A stretch of 64,000 bases of DNA. Source: Phoronis australis. Taxonomy: Eukaryota > Animalia > Phoronida. Location: NCBI GenBank assembly GCA_002633005.1, contig NMRA01000213.1, positions 103,892 through 167,891 of the forward strand. Reading direction: 5' to 3'. Made by a program: the position numbers and the translations under genes. The first letter of the stretch is position 1. Every line of letters begins with the position of its first letter. Below the pieces are notes generated by a model, which ran no database searches, was not told the origin of the DNA, and saw only the letters and a list, made by a program, of their open reading frames with translations. Of this stretch, positions 1 to 13,753 are shown piece after piece.

Positions 1-415
1 TTCAAGAAGCAAACATTTACACCTTCACTCACACCAAATTGCAACTGTTTGTGCAGCTTTCGGGCTCCTCCCGAACTTGGTTGCCAATAGTTTAGCCCCA
101 TGCAATTCTCGGGCTCCTCCCGAGCTTGATTGCATCTCACCTTTCGGATCTGAATAACCAAATTGCCCCGTTCTTGCACACACAACTATTAATCAGCGAC
201 TGGTTTGCCCGTGTATCAGAACTGTATAAATCACAACGCTGCGATACTAAGTTATGGAACAATTGGATTGCTTGTAAGTGTGGAATATTGTAGTTATATA
301 TTCTTACAATAAACCTACGTATTATTCACCAACTTTTAGTTTTCAACATCACCCTCAGTCCGCACCGGGCTCGTAAAATCGGGGCGCCTTGGTCGTAGAT
401 ACCGCCCCCGTTACA
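1..415 (+). mobile_element. Possible 3' part of a solo LTR (truncated by window edge)
   Basis: TATAAA (~225), AATAAA (~308), an internal direct repeat cgggctcctcccga (61 and 110), and a ...TTACA end at 411-415. No 5' TG end, PBS or PPT is visible. Confidence 0.25.
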
Positions 416-929
416 GATTAATGACATTTTCTGATAATACAACTAAATACTGAGCTCAGAGTTGATTGAAAATGAATAGTGAATCAGTCCTTAAATTACT
501 TTCGATAGTACTGATAATTCAACGTAGAGTTCACTCTCGATTTGTATCAAAGTCTAAAGTTGGCTTAGTAATGCAACTAAAACAATACAAGAAAGGGCAA
601 TCGATGTTTTCACAAGTCCAAAAATACGCAGTTGATATAGAGAACTTAGTTGAGTCCCTGTTTGGGACTGTTTCATGCAACCGGGCACAGGCATCTATTA
701 AATCTATTAACTGGGAGATTACGCAGTTACCAACGGGGGTTGGGGTGGGAGTGCCACTTGGGGTGTCAACGGGGGGGNNNNGGGGGGGGGGGGGGATGCA
801 AAGAGGTGCTCGCTACGCCACTGGACTGACTACTGTCACTGGCAGGTGTTCAGGTTACAGACACTTTCTGGTTGGGTGAAAACTGGCGAGTAGGGACTCA
901 CCCTCTGTCCCTTGTTTGAGGAAAAATAT

Positions 930-2000
930 TTATTAATCCAACCAATCAGCAAAAGGATGTACAGCAATATGAAATCTAGTCAAGTACATCAAACGGATTA
1001 GCAACATTTTTCATCGAACCTTGTAAAAGCTGGAAGATCACCATGCCACGAATCTCTCGGAAGCCAATTTATCATTGTAAATATTTTTTCCAGGTTGTGG
1101 TAACCACATACCTCCCGTAAAAATGACTGAAAATTGTGCTTAGCCTTTTGCAATCTTTGCCTATGAAATTTCGGTAAGCAAAGAATTCAATTTACTAATT
1201 CCAATCTACAGGCTGGATCTCCAAACAAGGCTGTGGACATAGAGGGAAATCGCACGGATTTATCATCCATGTTTTTAAACATCCCCAAAACTTCTGATCA
1301 AGTGGACATTCTAATACAAACGTAGAATTGTTTCTTCGTGTTGCTCACAGAAAGAACACAAAGACAATTCACTAACACCTATTTTCTTTGAGTAACAGTT
1401 TGTACCAATACGTTTGTGGTCGATACGGAATTGAAACCTTCTGAGTCTAACATCGGAAGTAAATTACAGAATGAATTTTTTTCCAAGACTGAGTATCACC
1501 GACCAAGTTAATTTTTCTCTCCCACTTCAATTCCGCGACAGGTTTTACATACAATTTGGAAATGAATAATTGATAGATTTTCCCGTCCCTATATTTTCCG
1601 AAGATGTGTTCTGGAAAAAATGGAGTGACTATAGTACTCTTGCCTCTCAGATGAATCAAAGAACGAAGTCTTTAACTACGAATTCCATAAAAATGAGTAA
1701 TACAAGAGCAAAATTGAAAACGTATACAAAAGGTATATCAGGATCAATTAAATCGCACACGTATGTATAGTTCACCATTTTGAAACCAGTCGTTTACAAA
1801 AATTGGACTATTTTCTATACGCAATATGGACCATATTCCCACCTCCATCTTCAGATTTCTGCACCATTGCCTTTCTAGAGATTCTATCAATAGAGGTACC
1901 ACACTGGCCTTGATATACGAGGTACTGTACAATATCTCAGATGTTCTGTAGTGTCTTTAGCATGACTCACTAGAGTTACAAAGATTTCGTGACTTATTTT
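930..2000 (-). mobile_element. Degenerate L1/Tx1-clade LINE ORF2 C-terminal relic
   Basis: Minus-strand peptides IWSILRIENSPIFVNDWFQNG and YQLFISKLYVKPVAELKWERKI...SWKKIH, followed by a frameshifted Cys/His knuckle-like segment (LCSFCEQHEETI, ~1320-1365). These resemble L1/Tx1 ORF2 C-termini. Many stops; boundaries are approximate. Confidence 0.6.
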
Positions 2001-2914
2001 TCTGTCAAAAACTCTCTAAACGAACAAGAAGGACCTTCGTTCCCCACGATACCCTCAAAACCAATCTTTACAAATAGCAAGTCTTACAAGTTCAAACTTT
2101 AAAGGAATTTACTTCTATTCAAAAACTCTAAAGAGTGTTTAAATTAACCTGATAATGGAGGAAAACACGAGAGTTACATGTAAAAGTTTTTATATATCCT
2201 CAAACCTAATGTCAACCGACTTACTGAGCAAAGGTTATCGGGTTCACTTTTCATACTGATCGCGCAATAGATCCAGAAAACAGATTGTTTTCATTTGAAA
2301 GAGCTTTGATTTTTATTACAATTTAATGCAGAATTCTTGTTCAATTTTTCGTTCAAATGGTCTGTAAACTCTGCCCATCATTTCAAAACTACAGGACAAC
2401 TTTCTCTAAATGTAATGTAAAGGCAAGATGTTTTTTGATCAATCATCACGATTAGCTGTTAAGCTGTATGATCAAAAAGTTACATAACGCTACAAGGCGC
2501 AATAAAGCGGGAAGAGAGTCACAAAACAAACACTACAATTAGCTAGGAAAAATGGTCAGTGGATTCTCTCTCCTGTCTAGCACAAAGCTATCCAATTTGA
2601 ATGAATGCCAAATAATTAAGTTTTGGAGACGTCTTATACGACTTATTTTTTGCGGTCTAATGCTCCAGCGGCAAAATTGTGGGTCATTGAGTGCACAAAA
2701 TGTGGCATTTAGATTTTTGTTAGGATACCTAGGCCCCTATTCGTGTACAAAAATGAAGTTGTATTAAATTTTGAAGTATAGACTGATTTTTGAAAATCTG
2801 GTTTTTATACAGACTGCCTCTTAAATTTCCCTTAATGCTAACTCTGAATGGAAATGTGGCGGTGCGATTTTGTCCTTAATAAATTGCCCGCAACACCAGT
2901 TCAGTGTACGAATG

Positions 2915-2987
2915 GATTTCGTGGTGTAGTGGGTATCACATCTGCCTAACACGCAGAAGGTCCCCGGATCGAAACCGGGCGGAATCA
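2915..2987 (+). tRNA. tRNA-Val (anticodon AAC)
   Basis: 73-nt cloverleaf: acceptor GATTTCG/CGGAATC plus discriminator A, D arm GTGT..TCAC, anticodon arm TCTGC-CT AAC AC-GCAGA (AAC at 2948-2950), T arm CCCGG-ATCGAAA-CCGGG. TTTT follows just downstream (Pol III terminator). Confidence 0.93.
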
Positions 2988-3092
2988 AGGTTTTGATTTG
3001 TTGTGGATTTTTATTCTAGAAGTAAGATTGTTTTGACAGTTTGCGCCAGAACGCGCACGCAGGACTGATGCTGCAGAGAGCGCTCTGTCATT

Positions 3093-3161
3093 TGGCTGCC
3101 GTCATAGACATCGTTATACTATGGGCTGCCGTCATAGACATCGTAATACTATGGGCTGCCG
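3093..3161. repeat. 30-bp tandem duplication (ggctgccgtcatagacatcgtwatactatg) x~2.3
   Basis: Directly visible; gives the AAVIDIVILW repeat in ORF 3041-3325. Confidence 0.85.
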
Positions 3162-4762
3162 CATTACTAGGCGCTGAACAGCGGGGGAAATGGTGGAAAA
3201 CACACGAAGCAGTACGACCACGGTGTCAAAATCTGTGGAACCGCAAAGCACTGTGTCCGCGCATTTTCAAGGAATTGAGACAAAAATCGTCATCTGTTTG
3301 CATAATCACGACGTCAAATATGTAGGAAATAAATGTCTGCCTCGTTAAATGGACGTTATTGTTTTCACGACCAAAAACAACTTCGGGATTAGTGTTGAAT
3401 ATGATAGACTTTTTGAAGTTATTTGCTTTGACCACAGCGTTGTGTTTATGTGATTTTATTACAAATCGCCAATTCTCGCCGTTGTCTGCCACTGAGACAT
3501 TCGTCGCAAGGTGGGTGACTTTACCAGACACGCAATACTGTCATATGGAGAGTGGGATTTATCGCGACCACTAGATCGTATGGCTGCGACAAGAGAATTT
3601 CAGGTTCCATTCAGCGCTGGTGCTGATCTCAGAAAAAAAGTTTTCTCGCGGATAATGCCACGTTAAAACTGCATTTTGCCCAGCCTGAAATAACATCGAC
3701 ATCTTACTCTCATAAAATTGGTCTCATAATATTTGTTACCATAATAGGATTTTATTTCCGTTACCAACAAGGACATCGGAAACCATGTGATTCAAAAAAC
3801 GCTTCGGGGTTTATTGGGATTGGCCAACTCAAAAATTGAGAATTTGAAAATAACGCATTCACGTACTGCCTGTGACCTGAATTGGTGACGGGAAAATCCT
3901 ATCACCGTCAGGGGTATTATGGGACCTATTTCATGACGTTAAAAGATTGTCGTTTTAGCGGGTTAAATAGGACGAACTGTAACTTTGATTACTGTTCTTG
4001 AAGTGAAAACGGGCAGTGGTAGAAAGACGGTTGTAAAATGACATAGTGCTCCTTGAACTGTATGTCCGACCTGCATGAATTTGAATGGGCGGACATTTAC
4101 CGAGTATCTGGCCCGTGTGCTGGCATTCAAACTCATGTTGGTAGGACACAGCCTGTCAGATTCTTGTCTTCCGACACACCAGCGCAGCATAAGTGCGTCG
4201 TTATTCTATACATATCAAAAGCAAATTGAATTTGTCCAAAGCTCCAGTAACCCTCGTTTCACCGCGACAAGCGGTGAAAAAGACACAAAATAGCCACAAT
4301 AATCGTGCAAATCAAAGTCAATACAAACATTTATCGACTTCAAATACCGTCATCATATTTAGTGTAGCCTAAAGTCGACTGACTTTTTGGCACGGAATTG
4401 GTACTCATTCATCGTTCACGCACTAGGCCACCTAAACTGTTCGAAAATGTCACTCATGTCCCGTGAGGTGTCTCTCACATATCGTACAAATTAACGTGTC
4501 TAGGACTACATACTTGTCATTTTGACGTAAGCAATGCACAGCAAGCGAAGAAGTGAAAACTAAGTACTTGAGTATTACTTCAACACTTGCAGATATCTCT
4601 CTCAGAGACGCGGTTGCTCCCAACTGTCCAGTGTTCCAGGAATTCTCTTGTGCCAGCGCCAAGTTAAGGAAGCACCTGGGCGCTACGAAAGTGTCAGTTT
4701 ATGAACTCAATACGAACTATGCCTAGAATTACACATAGATCCCACAAAACTCATGTAAACGT

Positions 4763-7700
4763 TCACACTGTAACATTTGCGGATGTCTCGCCGAGCCAAG
4801 GTTGCTCCTCTTCTGGCAGAGAAGAGTTGGTGGAATTCTTGTCGTGCTTTCTCCGTTTCCTTTTACTGCTATTTTCTTTCGGCCGTCCAGTTTCTCTCAC
4901 GGAAGACTTCGACTTACATTTTCTCGAGATAATCAATGCAGAAACTGATAAAACGAAAAATCCAAGCCCTGTTCCCAACACGAGAGGTACAACTAGATTT
5001 CGTCCGCATTGTGGATCCTCCGTCTGAAGTACAGCACTGGAAAATAGAAGCGTGGTTTTAGGGAGAAATGCGGATACAAAGACAGTTTATTGCTAATAAG
5101 GGCCTCTGAAAGAGCTCCCAGCATAAAAAGGCCGCCAAGGGGGCTCTATCTGAAACGAGGTTAGGAAAAGTCCCCATAAGGGTTCGTTCTGGATTGTTTT
5201 GCATGTATTAGGTAATGTTATGAAACTTTGGAAAATATGTCAAATGTTTCTTATTTTGATGGTTAAAATATTTTAAGATAACCCCTTTCAACATGGGGAA
5301 GCCAAGTGTTCCAACAATACTAAACATTAACATATTGGTCATGGTCGTAATGTTATGAGGCAAGAGTTTTTGCACAACAAAACAGAAGAAGATATTGAAG
5401 CAAAACGGGAAAAGAAATTGCTGTTTTCACGTTCATAGAAATACACCTGCCAAAGATCCTGCAAGAAGTTTGGGAGATACAGCCACTGGTGCACAAAACA
5501 GAACCACTAGGAGCGTTACAACATCAGCCCTGTCCTTCACGACAGGAACACGTCTGCCAATTTTTATGATGATTCTTGGAGCGGTTCGTCGGATAGAGAG
5601 GCGGATACCAAAAAACACTAGGTGGTGCAGTTTACATCGGAAACGTCGTCTCTAAATTCCTTAAAATATGTCAAGGATATAGAGGCTAACGTAAAAAATA
5701 AAATTGCCTCTATGGTTCGCAGCAATGATCGGGTCCGTCCGAAAATACGCTCGTGCCGCCTCATGTGTCTTCAAAATGTCGCGAAGATCCATCCATGGGT
5801 TTTGAAGACACAGCAACGGAAGCCGGACACTGCGCCTGATGGACACCGCACGGACAGACCTGAATGACGGCCGAATGTGTCAACATAAATGTATGAGGGC
5901 ACAAAAAAAGCGCGCCAAATAATTATAAAGGGGCGAATGTAACATGTAACGTATTGATAATCGACATGGATATTCGAATCCCGCATCACGCATTCACATT
6001 GCGCATAAAAAATATTCACTCCGCAATGAACTGAGCCAGTGACGTCATCAACAAAGCGACAGTAGTCAGCACACACTATTCATGGGTTATTCTAGCAGTT
6101 TTTATATGAAGGTCAATAACTCCAAGGTTGAATGTTTTTTTTTTTTCACATAGGCAGATTTTATGGGGACAGGGAGCCCGACCCCTAAGGACAAGACCAA
6201 AACAAAAAAATGCTGTTGGACTGCCCCTTTAAGGCACATCGAAGGGGAATAAATCCCAGTGCTACCATACAATACTCTCCCACCAATGACACTACATCGG
6301 TCGGCTGGCTGGATGACGTGCGGCACTATCATTAGATTGTACTCCAAGTTGTCACTAGTGTACTGGAAGTATGAACCAAGTAACATGGCCGCTATCGTGA
6401 ACTTTCATACGCTCTGAACCACAGAGTCTATTACATTCTCTACCTGATTCGGTGCAGCAAATCAACCACTTTGGATGTTTTCCTGTGATCTTGAGTACAG
6501 ACCTCATCCACAAGTTCTGCTAAACAGTTCTTTGTCAGTTTTTTGGCAGCGAATTGTCCCGCGGATACAAAAATCTGAAAACAAGATATGGGCGATTAGT
6601 TAACAATTTCGACGAAATGGAAGAAGCTCGCGTGCCTCTTGGCAATACACTTTTAAAGAAAATCTCTTTTAAAATGCCTTGACCAGAAAACGTTCTCCCG
6701 TTGCCAGGTTGCGGAAGCTTACCTCAAACGGGGCTGTTGTCAGCACAACATAAATGTCTTCGCCACAGTCGGGTGAGCCCAGCTGCCACGACACCTTGCG
6801 AAGATAGTTAGAAAACACTTTGATCCGAAACCTCTCCATTATGGCAACTGTGACGCCATCACTTCTAAAACAGAAGAAAATTACACAGAATAGCAAGGCA
6901 TGATTGTAAGTCGGCCGCTTCGAATACACAGCGATGCTTTTGAATCTCGCGCGTAAATAGCCTCATTCTCGCGGCATTAGAGATTCTCGTATTCTTAGTT
7001 GATGCCTTACTTTTTACATTGTTTTCTCGGTGGCACTACTGTATTCACTGTTTTAATGCTGTGTGGGCTTCAACTCTGACGATAGAAAGTTGGATAAACT
7101 TGACAAGTCTCTGAGAATTCGTGGTGGCTTCCGACAACTTTTGGCATCTCATTTTTCCGGTGGGCGTAACAATGCACAGTTTTGTTGACTTTCTTTATTT
7201 TTGAGAAACCCCATCTGGTGTGCTTTTTGTAAGTTATGCCTTTTTTCATGTGTCTCGAGACTGGACGCAAACAAGGGCCTTTGACGAAACCAGACCAGTG
7301 ATGACGTCGGGACCAGCCACTCGATCTGTGGTCTTTCCCGAAATGTTATAACACATACATGTAGTAGAATTACAAAAATTTGTATAGCTTAGCAGAAGTT
7401 TTTGAACTTAACAGTTGCCACCAAATTGTACAATGTATTATACTCCCTAACAGGTTTTGCCTTGTCAAGTTACGTTTTAGTCAACGCATATTGGCTTTAG
7501 CTTCGATAACACAAAGGTTAACTTTGCACGTGTAATTTTTTACGTATTCGTTACGTATCCTGGATGACATTTCTTTCATTTTTAGTTGAGGTTATCCATG
7601 ACCTTAGAAAAACGTTCAAATTTGGCCATTTCAGAAATCTCTTATCTGGTTCATATGAAACTTTCACATATCACGCTTTCTGAATTGTTGTTTTAAACGC

Positions 7701-8708
7701 TATTACAAATTGTTTTAAATATTTGCATGAGGGCTACCAAAAGATAGGACTTTTATAAAATTTAATAAAAAAATATCAGAAGTTGCGTAAAACGAAAAGA
7801 TAAGAATATTCCAGAAACTCCAATAACGTTTTTGAGATTTCATTTTGAACATTGATATCAAAATGAATATTTTCTCATGTTATTGATACGTGTGCCAATG
7901 TTTTGCTATGAGTGTACTTTCTTTTTATGCTAGATTTTACTAAGAACAGGTGGTTACGCGATCCGTTGAATGACAGACTGCTACAAAGTTAAAATCAAAG
8001 TTAGTCTGCGTGCTTTCTACGTTCAGGTCTATAGTTGCAGACTCACACATTAAAACTTAAAAATTGTGTTCAATAGCACTTAGTACAATTTGTCATCGAC
8101 AACTGTCAGCGAACCTTATCAATTTCCTGGTGATGACGACATTGGCAAGGTCGGTGTCAAAGGCAGTTTTGAACTAATTTCTTGTTATCAGGTACAAGTA
8201 GTGAACAAACAGTATCAAGTGTCTGACAAAGTTAGATACCCACTCCTAAGTTGTAATGCACGTTAGCTCCAAGGTCACGTGAAAACTGTATTGGACGACA
8301 AGTACACGTATTGGAGTATAGATAAATTACATGTAAAAGGCACTGTGGTGTCATTAGTATGGCAAGACAAAGCGAAAAAACTTCCAAGACACATAATTTC
8401 TGTTCAAGACTTAAAAACTCTGCAGGATCAAAGAAACACTCAAGTTCAGAATTTAGCAGGTCGGGACCTACAATTTTTCATGTCAAGACAGAAAACTTAT
8501 GACGCCAGGACAAATAATTTAACACGTCAGGACAGAAAATTTTCATGACAAGAGACCACGTCACCATCCACAAGCAAGATGACCGAGAGAGAGAGAAAGA
8601 GAGAGAGGGGGGAGGTAGGGATGGAGGGAGGGAGGTAGGGAGGGAGGGAGGTAGGGANNNNNNNNNNNNNNNNNNNNNNNNNNNNNNNGAGGGAGGGAGG
8701 GAGGGAGG

Positions 8709-8755
<47 letters not shown>

Positions 8756-11700
8756 GGCGATCGATTGAGTGGCTTGTAATAAGTCACAAAAACTAAGTAT
8801 TTCATTTTTCATGCAAACCCAATAACTTCAAAAAGTCTATCCCACCTAACAGTAATAACAAGTTTTTAGGCCGTAAAACGATAGTGTCCCTGTAAGGAAA
8901 ACGATGTTGCCATCGTCCAAACTAGAGCAAGGAGAACGTGATTTTCGACAAAATCCCACACTACAGAGTGTTTTCTATGTTGAGCGAGTTAGGTTGCCGT
9001 TTATACCAATAGTTGGCGAATTTTCACATCAGAAGTTTTTGTATTGGTAATTATTGTTGGCAGATGTAAAATTAACTTTCAAAATTTTCATGAAAATACA
9101 AAATAAAATTCATCAACTTTTAAATTTAAAAAGCCACAATTTCAAGATTTCAAGTATACTTGTGGTAACAATTTCAGTTTTTAGTTCCTCAAAACTCTTC
9201 GTGCCGATGTGGTTTATTTAACAGAAAATAGATAACCAGCGGTTTTATTTAATCCGTAGCTTAAATTTAACTTAAAATCAAGTTAGCGTCTTTGAATCTT
9301 ATTGCTGCAGCAATAGGGGAAGTCCAAACGGTTTCATCACAAGTAATTGGGATCGCTAACTCTCCACTTTAAAAAAATAAATAAAACAAAACAAACAAAA
9401 CAAAGGATTTATCCCAAAATAAGAACCAACTGTTGCAATGGTTTTCATAAATGGCGCTGCATAGAGCTTTAGGAGAATAAGACTTCAGTGGTTTCCTTCG
9501 CATGTTTCATTCCAAGTAGTCTACGATTGGCGACAATTATACACCATTCTTTGAGGGACAATCAAACAAACTGTGCGATAGCGTTATCTTAAGTGCAGGT
9601 ATATAATCCCTCCTATTATCGCGGTTTCATGCAAAATCGTTTCAAAGGCGAAAGCCGAGTTGTCACACTCGTTCACAACCCGTTGTTCAACGCCCTGACA
9701 GTCAATAATATCTTTTGTTTAAAAAAGTATTTAAAAGATAGTGGCGGTACACAGTGCAAATTCCAAATTTTTAAGAACATGCAACTTTTTATATCAAAAC
9801 TTTCAAAGAGATAAATTCAAGGGCGCAGAACATTCAACTTCGAGAACACTACTTGGATTTTCGTTGTCGAAATATTAAATGGCAAATTAAACCACTTAGG
9901 ACTACCACTTAGTGGTAAAAACCTCTTTTCTTGCCAAGATTAAAAGTAACCCATAGGCTTCAGCAGAATGGAAACTGCGTTATTCGGCAAATCTGGACTG
10001 GTCACTTCCGTGACCAACACATCGGTTAAGATCTCGCGTGAACATCGGTGACTTTGCGGTGTTTCGCCTTTCTCGTGAGAAACTTGCTACACGTAAGCAG
10101 TGCTATACGGAACGCACCTCGGGGCCCGGTGTCTATTATCTGTACTCAAACGAAAGTGAAAATTGTCGCGCGCTTCAAGGACACTTGCTAATTTGTACTC
10201 CCATCACGCGTTTCGAGTCCGAGTCTGTGTCGAGTTCGGAGAGTAGGCCTTAACTCCGGGCCCGACTGCACTGAGAAAGTTGTTAGTCGGACTGTCATCA
10301 CATGCACGCAGACAACACAAAATGACAGTCACTTGGCTACAGACAAGGTTGTTTCCCGTGCGAACACAACATGCTTCTGCGTTAATTCTCACTCCCGAGT
10401 TAAGAATACGTGCCTACTGGTCATCTGAAAACACCCTGAATCCCTTGTTTGGTTTACTTGGAATTTCAATACTCACTCATGTTCTTTCGCATATTTGAAA
10501 TAAGAACGATTTTTGTCGTCGACGTCAATTCCTTCCACAGCAATAACTGATGTGACGTAATGGCGAGAACCACACGGCACCGAGCCGTTGGTTTCTGACT
10601 TCATTTGATCAATCAAGTCACGCAACTCTGAAACTGTAATAAAAATAAATGTTTAAAAACATTAACATCAATTACCAGCAGTTCCAGCTCTTCAGAAGCA
10701 CAGATTTAACGTGGTTTACAAATAGCATATCCAGTACCCATCCCTTTACATGGCGTCTCATTGATAGCATTTACCATGCGTTCCCAAACAGTAAGCAATT
10801 TATTCACATGCACTACAGTCGTCTGTTTTATTTTTGTTTTTAAATGCACCATGATAGAATCTATATTCCTTTACTGCCAAGGTCAGAAAGACATTTGCGC
10901 GTACAGAGTCTTCATGGTATGTCAGTGACAAGTGGCGCCAAAAAGTACACTACACGTGCACTTTTAATGAACTCAACAAGGAAATTGGACAAGTTTTCAG
11001 CTTTTCACCGAGTGTGCATTGCAGTCGAACCAGTAAACTATGGAGGTGCGCCAGCGATTGTAAACAGTGGGGATTTTCTGGTATTATTCATGATGTCATT
11101 ATCTCTTTGATAAAACTTGTTTCGTCGGTATGTAATGGTCCAGTTTTTCAACTTTTTACTGCGTGCGCGTTGCGGTTGGACGTGTAAAATGGAGGTGCGC
11201 CAGCGATTTCCTGGTACTATTGATGACGTTATCGCATTGATAAAACTTGTTTTCAGCTGACAGTCGGCATTTCAAGGAAGGCAGTAAGTAAGATTGAGCG
11301 AAGGACCGCGATTCAACCGAATTCTTTTCGGCTGGGATCTACAGTGGCGGATTTGGGGGGAGGGGCAAGGGGACCGTGCCCCCCTAAAATTCTCCCAGAT
11401 ACCATTTGACAGTGCGAATTGTTGACTAGCATATGCGCGCACCCAGGGTNGAATGCACAATGCATAGGCCATGAACAAACCCCGTTTACGTTTTTTTTTC
11501 CTTTTTAGTAGTAAGGGCGCGCGCATGTGGCGAAATTCTAGTTATTCCTGGGCCCTGGCACCCCCTAACTCAAAATCCTGGATCCGCCCCTGATCTAGGA
11601 ATCAGTACTCCTACCTGGGATGAGCACGTCACATAAAAAATAAGAAAATCCCGGTAAGAGAACAGGAAATATAAAGGCGTATGACCGCGGATAAGACAAA

Positions 11701-13753
11701 GGTTTGAACTTGAGTGATGAAAAGAACAGATCTACATATAGCGACAGAAATTGCCTTAGAACCCGGTCAAGGGCCATGGACTAAGAAGTCATTCCCCGGG
11801 CGGAGTCATTCTACAACGCTTGGAATAAACACCGGGAGGAATCTTTCAAATAATAGGTATGGCGACGGAAGTGATACAGACGCGATAAAATCAGATATAA
11901 ACTCAGTGTCTGCTACCCACGTCAATCAAATCTACGAGTACGAGGTCATGGACCCGTGTGACCTCCGAGTCATGCTCTAAACTTTGATATCACCAGAATG
12001 TGTCAAGGCCAAGCCACTAACTTCAGTTTACTATTGCCTCCCAGCGTCAACGCACTCGGAATATCGCGACCAACAACAGTACCGGGATTTTCCGTAACTA
12101 AACCCATGGGCGAGTATTCGGAAAACGAAAAATTTCAGGCGTTTCGGTAATACCAAATAAATGCCCGGGCATGTATTCGGAAAAGGGAGGCGTGAAAATG
12201 GAAAGTCATAGCCTCGGCTGTCCTATTAAATATCAGCGATTTTTGCGTATGATGTGCTTTTTAATTTTAAGTTAATAAACACATAGTTCGCCAACACTTT
12301 GTTCGTTTTTTATAAATGAGAAACGGTCCACAAAACTGCAGTTGAGGCTAAAACATGACGCTGAGTGGACTTTTAAGAGGAAATTTTCCGAATGAACGCC
12401 TCACTATCTGCGTGGCTTATCTACGGAAATCCCGATATCATAGTTCCACTATACTCCAGCGAGTCGTATCCTATATTATTTATTGGAGTATTTAATTAGG
12501 CACACGCGTACGTTTCCAATGTATGCGGGCGGGGAAAGTGTGAACTATTTAACGTACCATCGTTTTCCGAAGGAAATCGACTAAATTGTAGAATCATTGC
12601 TATTACGCCATTTACAGGCTGTTTTAAGAGAAATCTGCATATTAATGTCAGATCCCCATAGCACACAACGTAAAAATCGGCTTGGTACTGTAGCTAGTTC
12701 TCCACCATGCGAGTACATGTGAACGCGTTACGCATGACCATGCTCAATTCAAAACCGTAAATTCCTGTTTTGGTCGCGACGTCACTATTCGCTAGAGGCA
12801 CCTTGAGTGATGGCACGTTTTACGTGTACTTCCGCCAAGTCGCGGCTCCAGTCGCGGAAAGATGGGTTGCCGACTTCACGGAGACAGCTCGGCAAAACCT
12901 TCAAACGTTGGTGATAATTTTTTTACCTCCAACTAGCACTTCCTCTGGCTCGGCCCACGATACCGATATCAAGTCAGCCTTAGCTTCTAAATAGGCTAAC
13001 TTTTGATTTTAGACCACTTAATGCCGGTACACAGGGGCGGATCCAAGATTTCGAGTTAGGAGGGGGGCAGGTTAGAGTATTAGCCAGGATTTTGCCGGTC
13101 AAACATTTGTACTCCTAAACTGCCAAATGGAATACGGGAGAATTTTAGGGGGGGGGGGAGCATGGTCCCCTTGGCCCCCATTAAATCCGACACTGGTATA
13201 AAACTGGTCTCGACGGGTTTCAGTCGTGATGTGGTAGCTTAGTGACTCGGAAACCATTATTTTCACGAAAGACGACGCTTTAGTCGGCTGGCGCAAATGT
13301 TGGCTTACGTAGTAAACGGGAAACCATGATGTTATGCGAATAAAATTACCTGCAGGGTCAATCAAGACAACGTACTGAGCGTGAACTCGTGATAAAATGA
13401 AGTGCTGAGTCAGTTCAGAGTTCTTCGAGCCCAAAACCTCACCATTTTAACAGACGCGAGGGACAATTTAAGACCAATTTTTTACCGACAAGTGCTGTTA
13501 ATCAAACATTTTGGACAGAAAGCGGCTAAAATATAATGTCACTTATTGCAAGACTGGTCTCACCTTCTTTGCTGGTCAACACTCCGTCTGGATTACACAC
13601 ACATTCCGTTGACAAATTTCCACAGTTTATTGTTCCACTAGATTTTGAGAACTTCTGGAAAGATTCTGGTGTCCATATCGTGGCAAATGAGACCGTGGAA
13701 CAGAGAATAAAGAAAATAGCTAAACCTAAAGTACACAGCGTTCCACTCGGCAT
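4763..13753 (-). CDS. Single-pass type I membrane protein with TPM/MOLO-1-like ectodomain, ~297 aa, 5 exons
   Basis: Exons 13753-13564, 10633-10477, 6864-6723, 6574-6444, 5036-4763; all GT-AG and phase-compatible (1,2,0,2); total 894 nt. Signal peptide MPSGTLCTLGLAIFFILCSTVSFA; WTPESF..CG..CVCNPDGVLT; LIDQMKSET..PCG..YVTSVIAV; FSNYLRKVSWQLG..DCGEDIYVV; IFVSAGQFAAKKLTKNCL; TM helix LVVPLVLGTGLGFFVLSVSALII; basic tail ending NVTV*. Family call is from motif memory. Confidence 0.75.
8585..8754. repeat. (GA)n / (GGGA)n microsatellite with assembly gap
   Basis: Directly visible purine repeats flanking an N run. Confidence 0.95.
11342..11592. mobile_element. hAT-like MITE family A (5-bp TSD)
   Basis: TIRs CAGTGGCGGAT...ATCCGCCCCTG with a perfect flanking ATCTA duplication. 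Related copies at 13032-13195 and 20874-21039. Confidence 0.8.
13032..13195. mobile_element. hAT-like MITE family A copy
   Basis: CAGGGGCGGATCC...AAATCCGACACTG; flanks GTACA/GTATA; internal similarity to 20874-21039. Confidence 0.75.

Noticed and set aside
7011-7075. Possible exon with in-frame TGA (readthrough/selenocysteine) in the MOLO-1-like gene
   Set aside because: Exon 10633-10477 joins the flanking exons in phase without it, and no SECIS was seen.
8527-8812. ORFs with SLSL/ERER repeats
   Set aside because: These are microsatellite translations across a gap.
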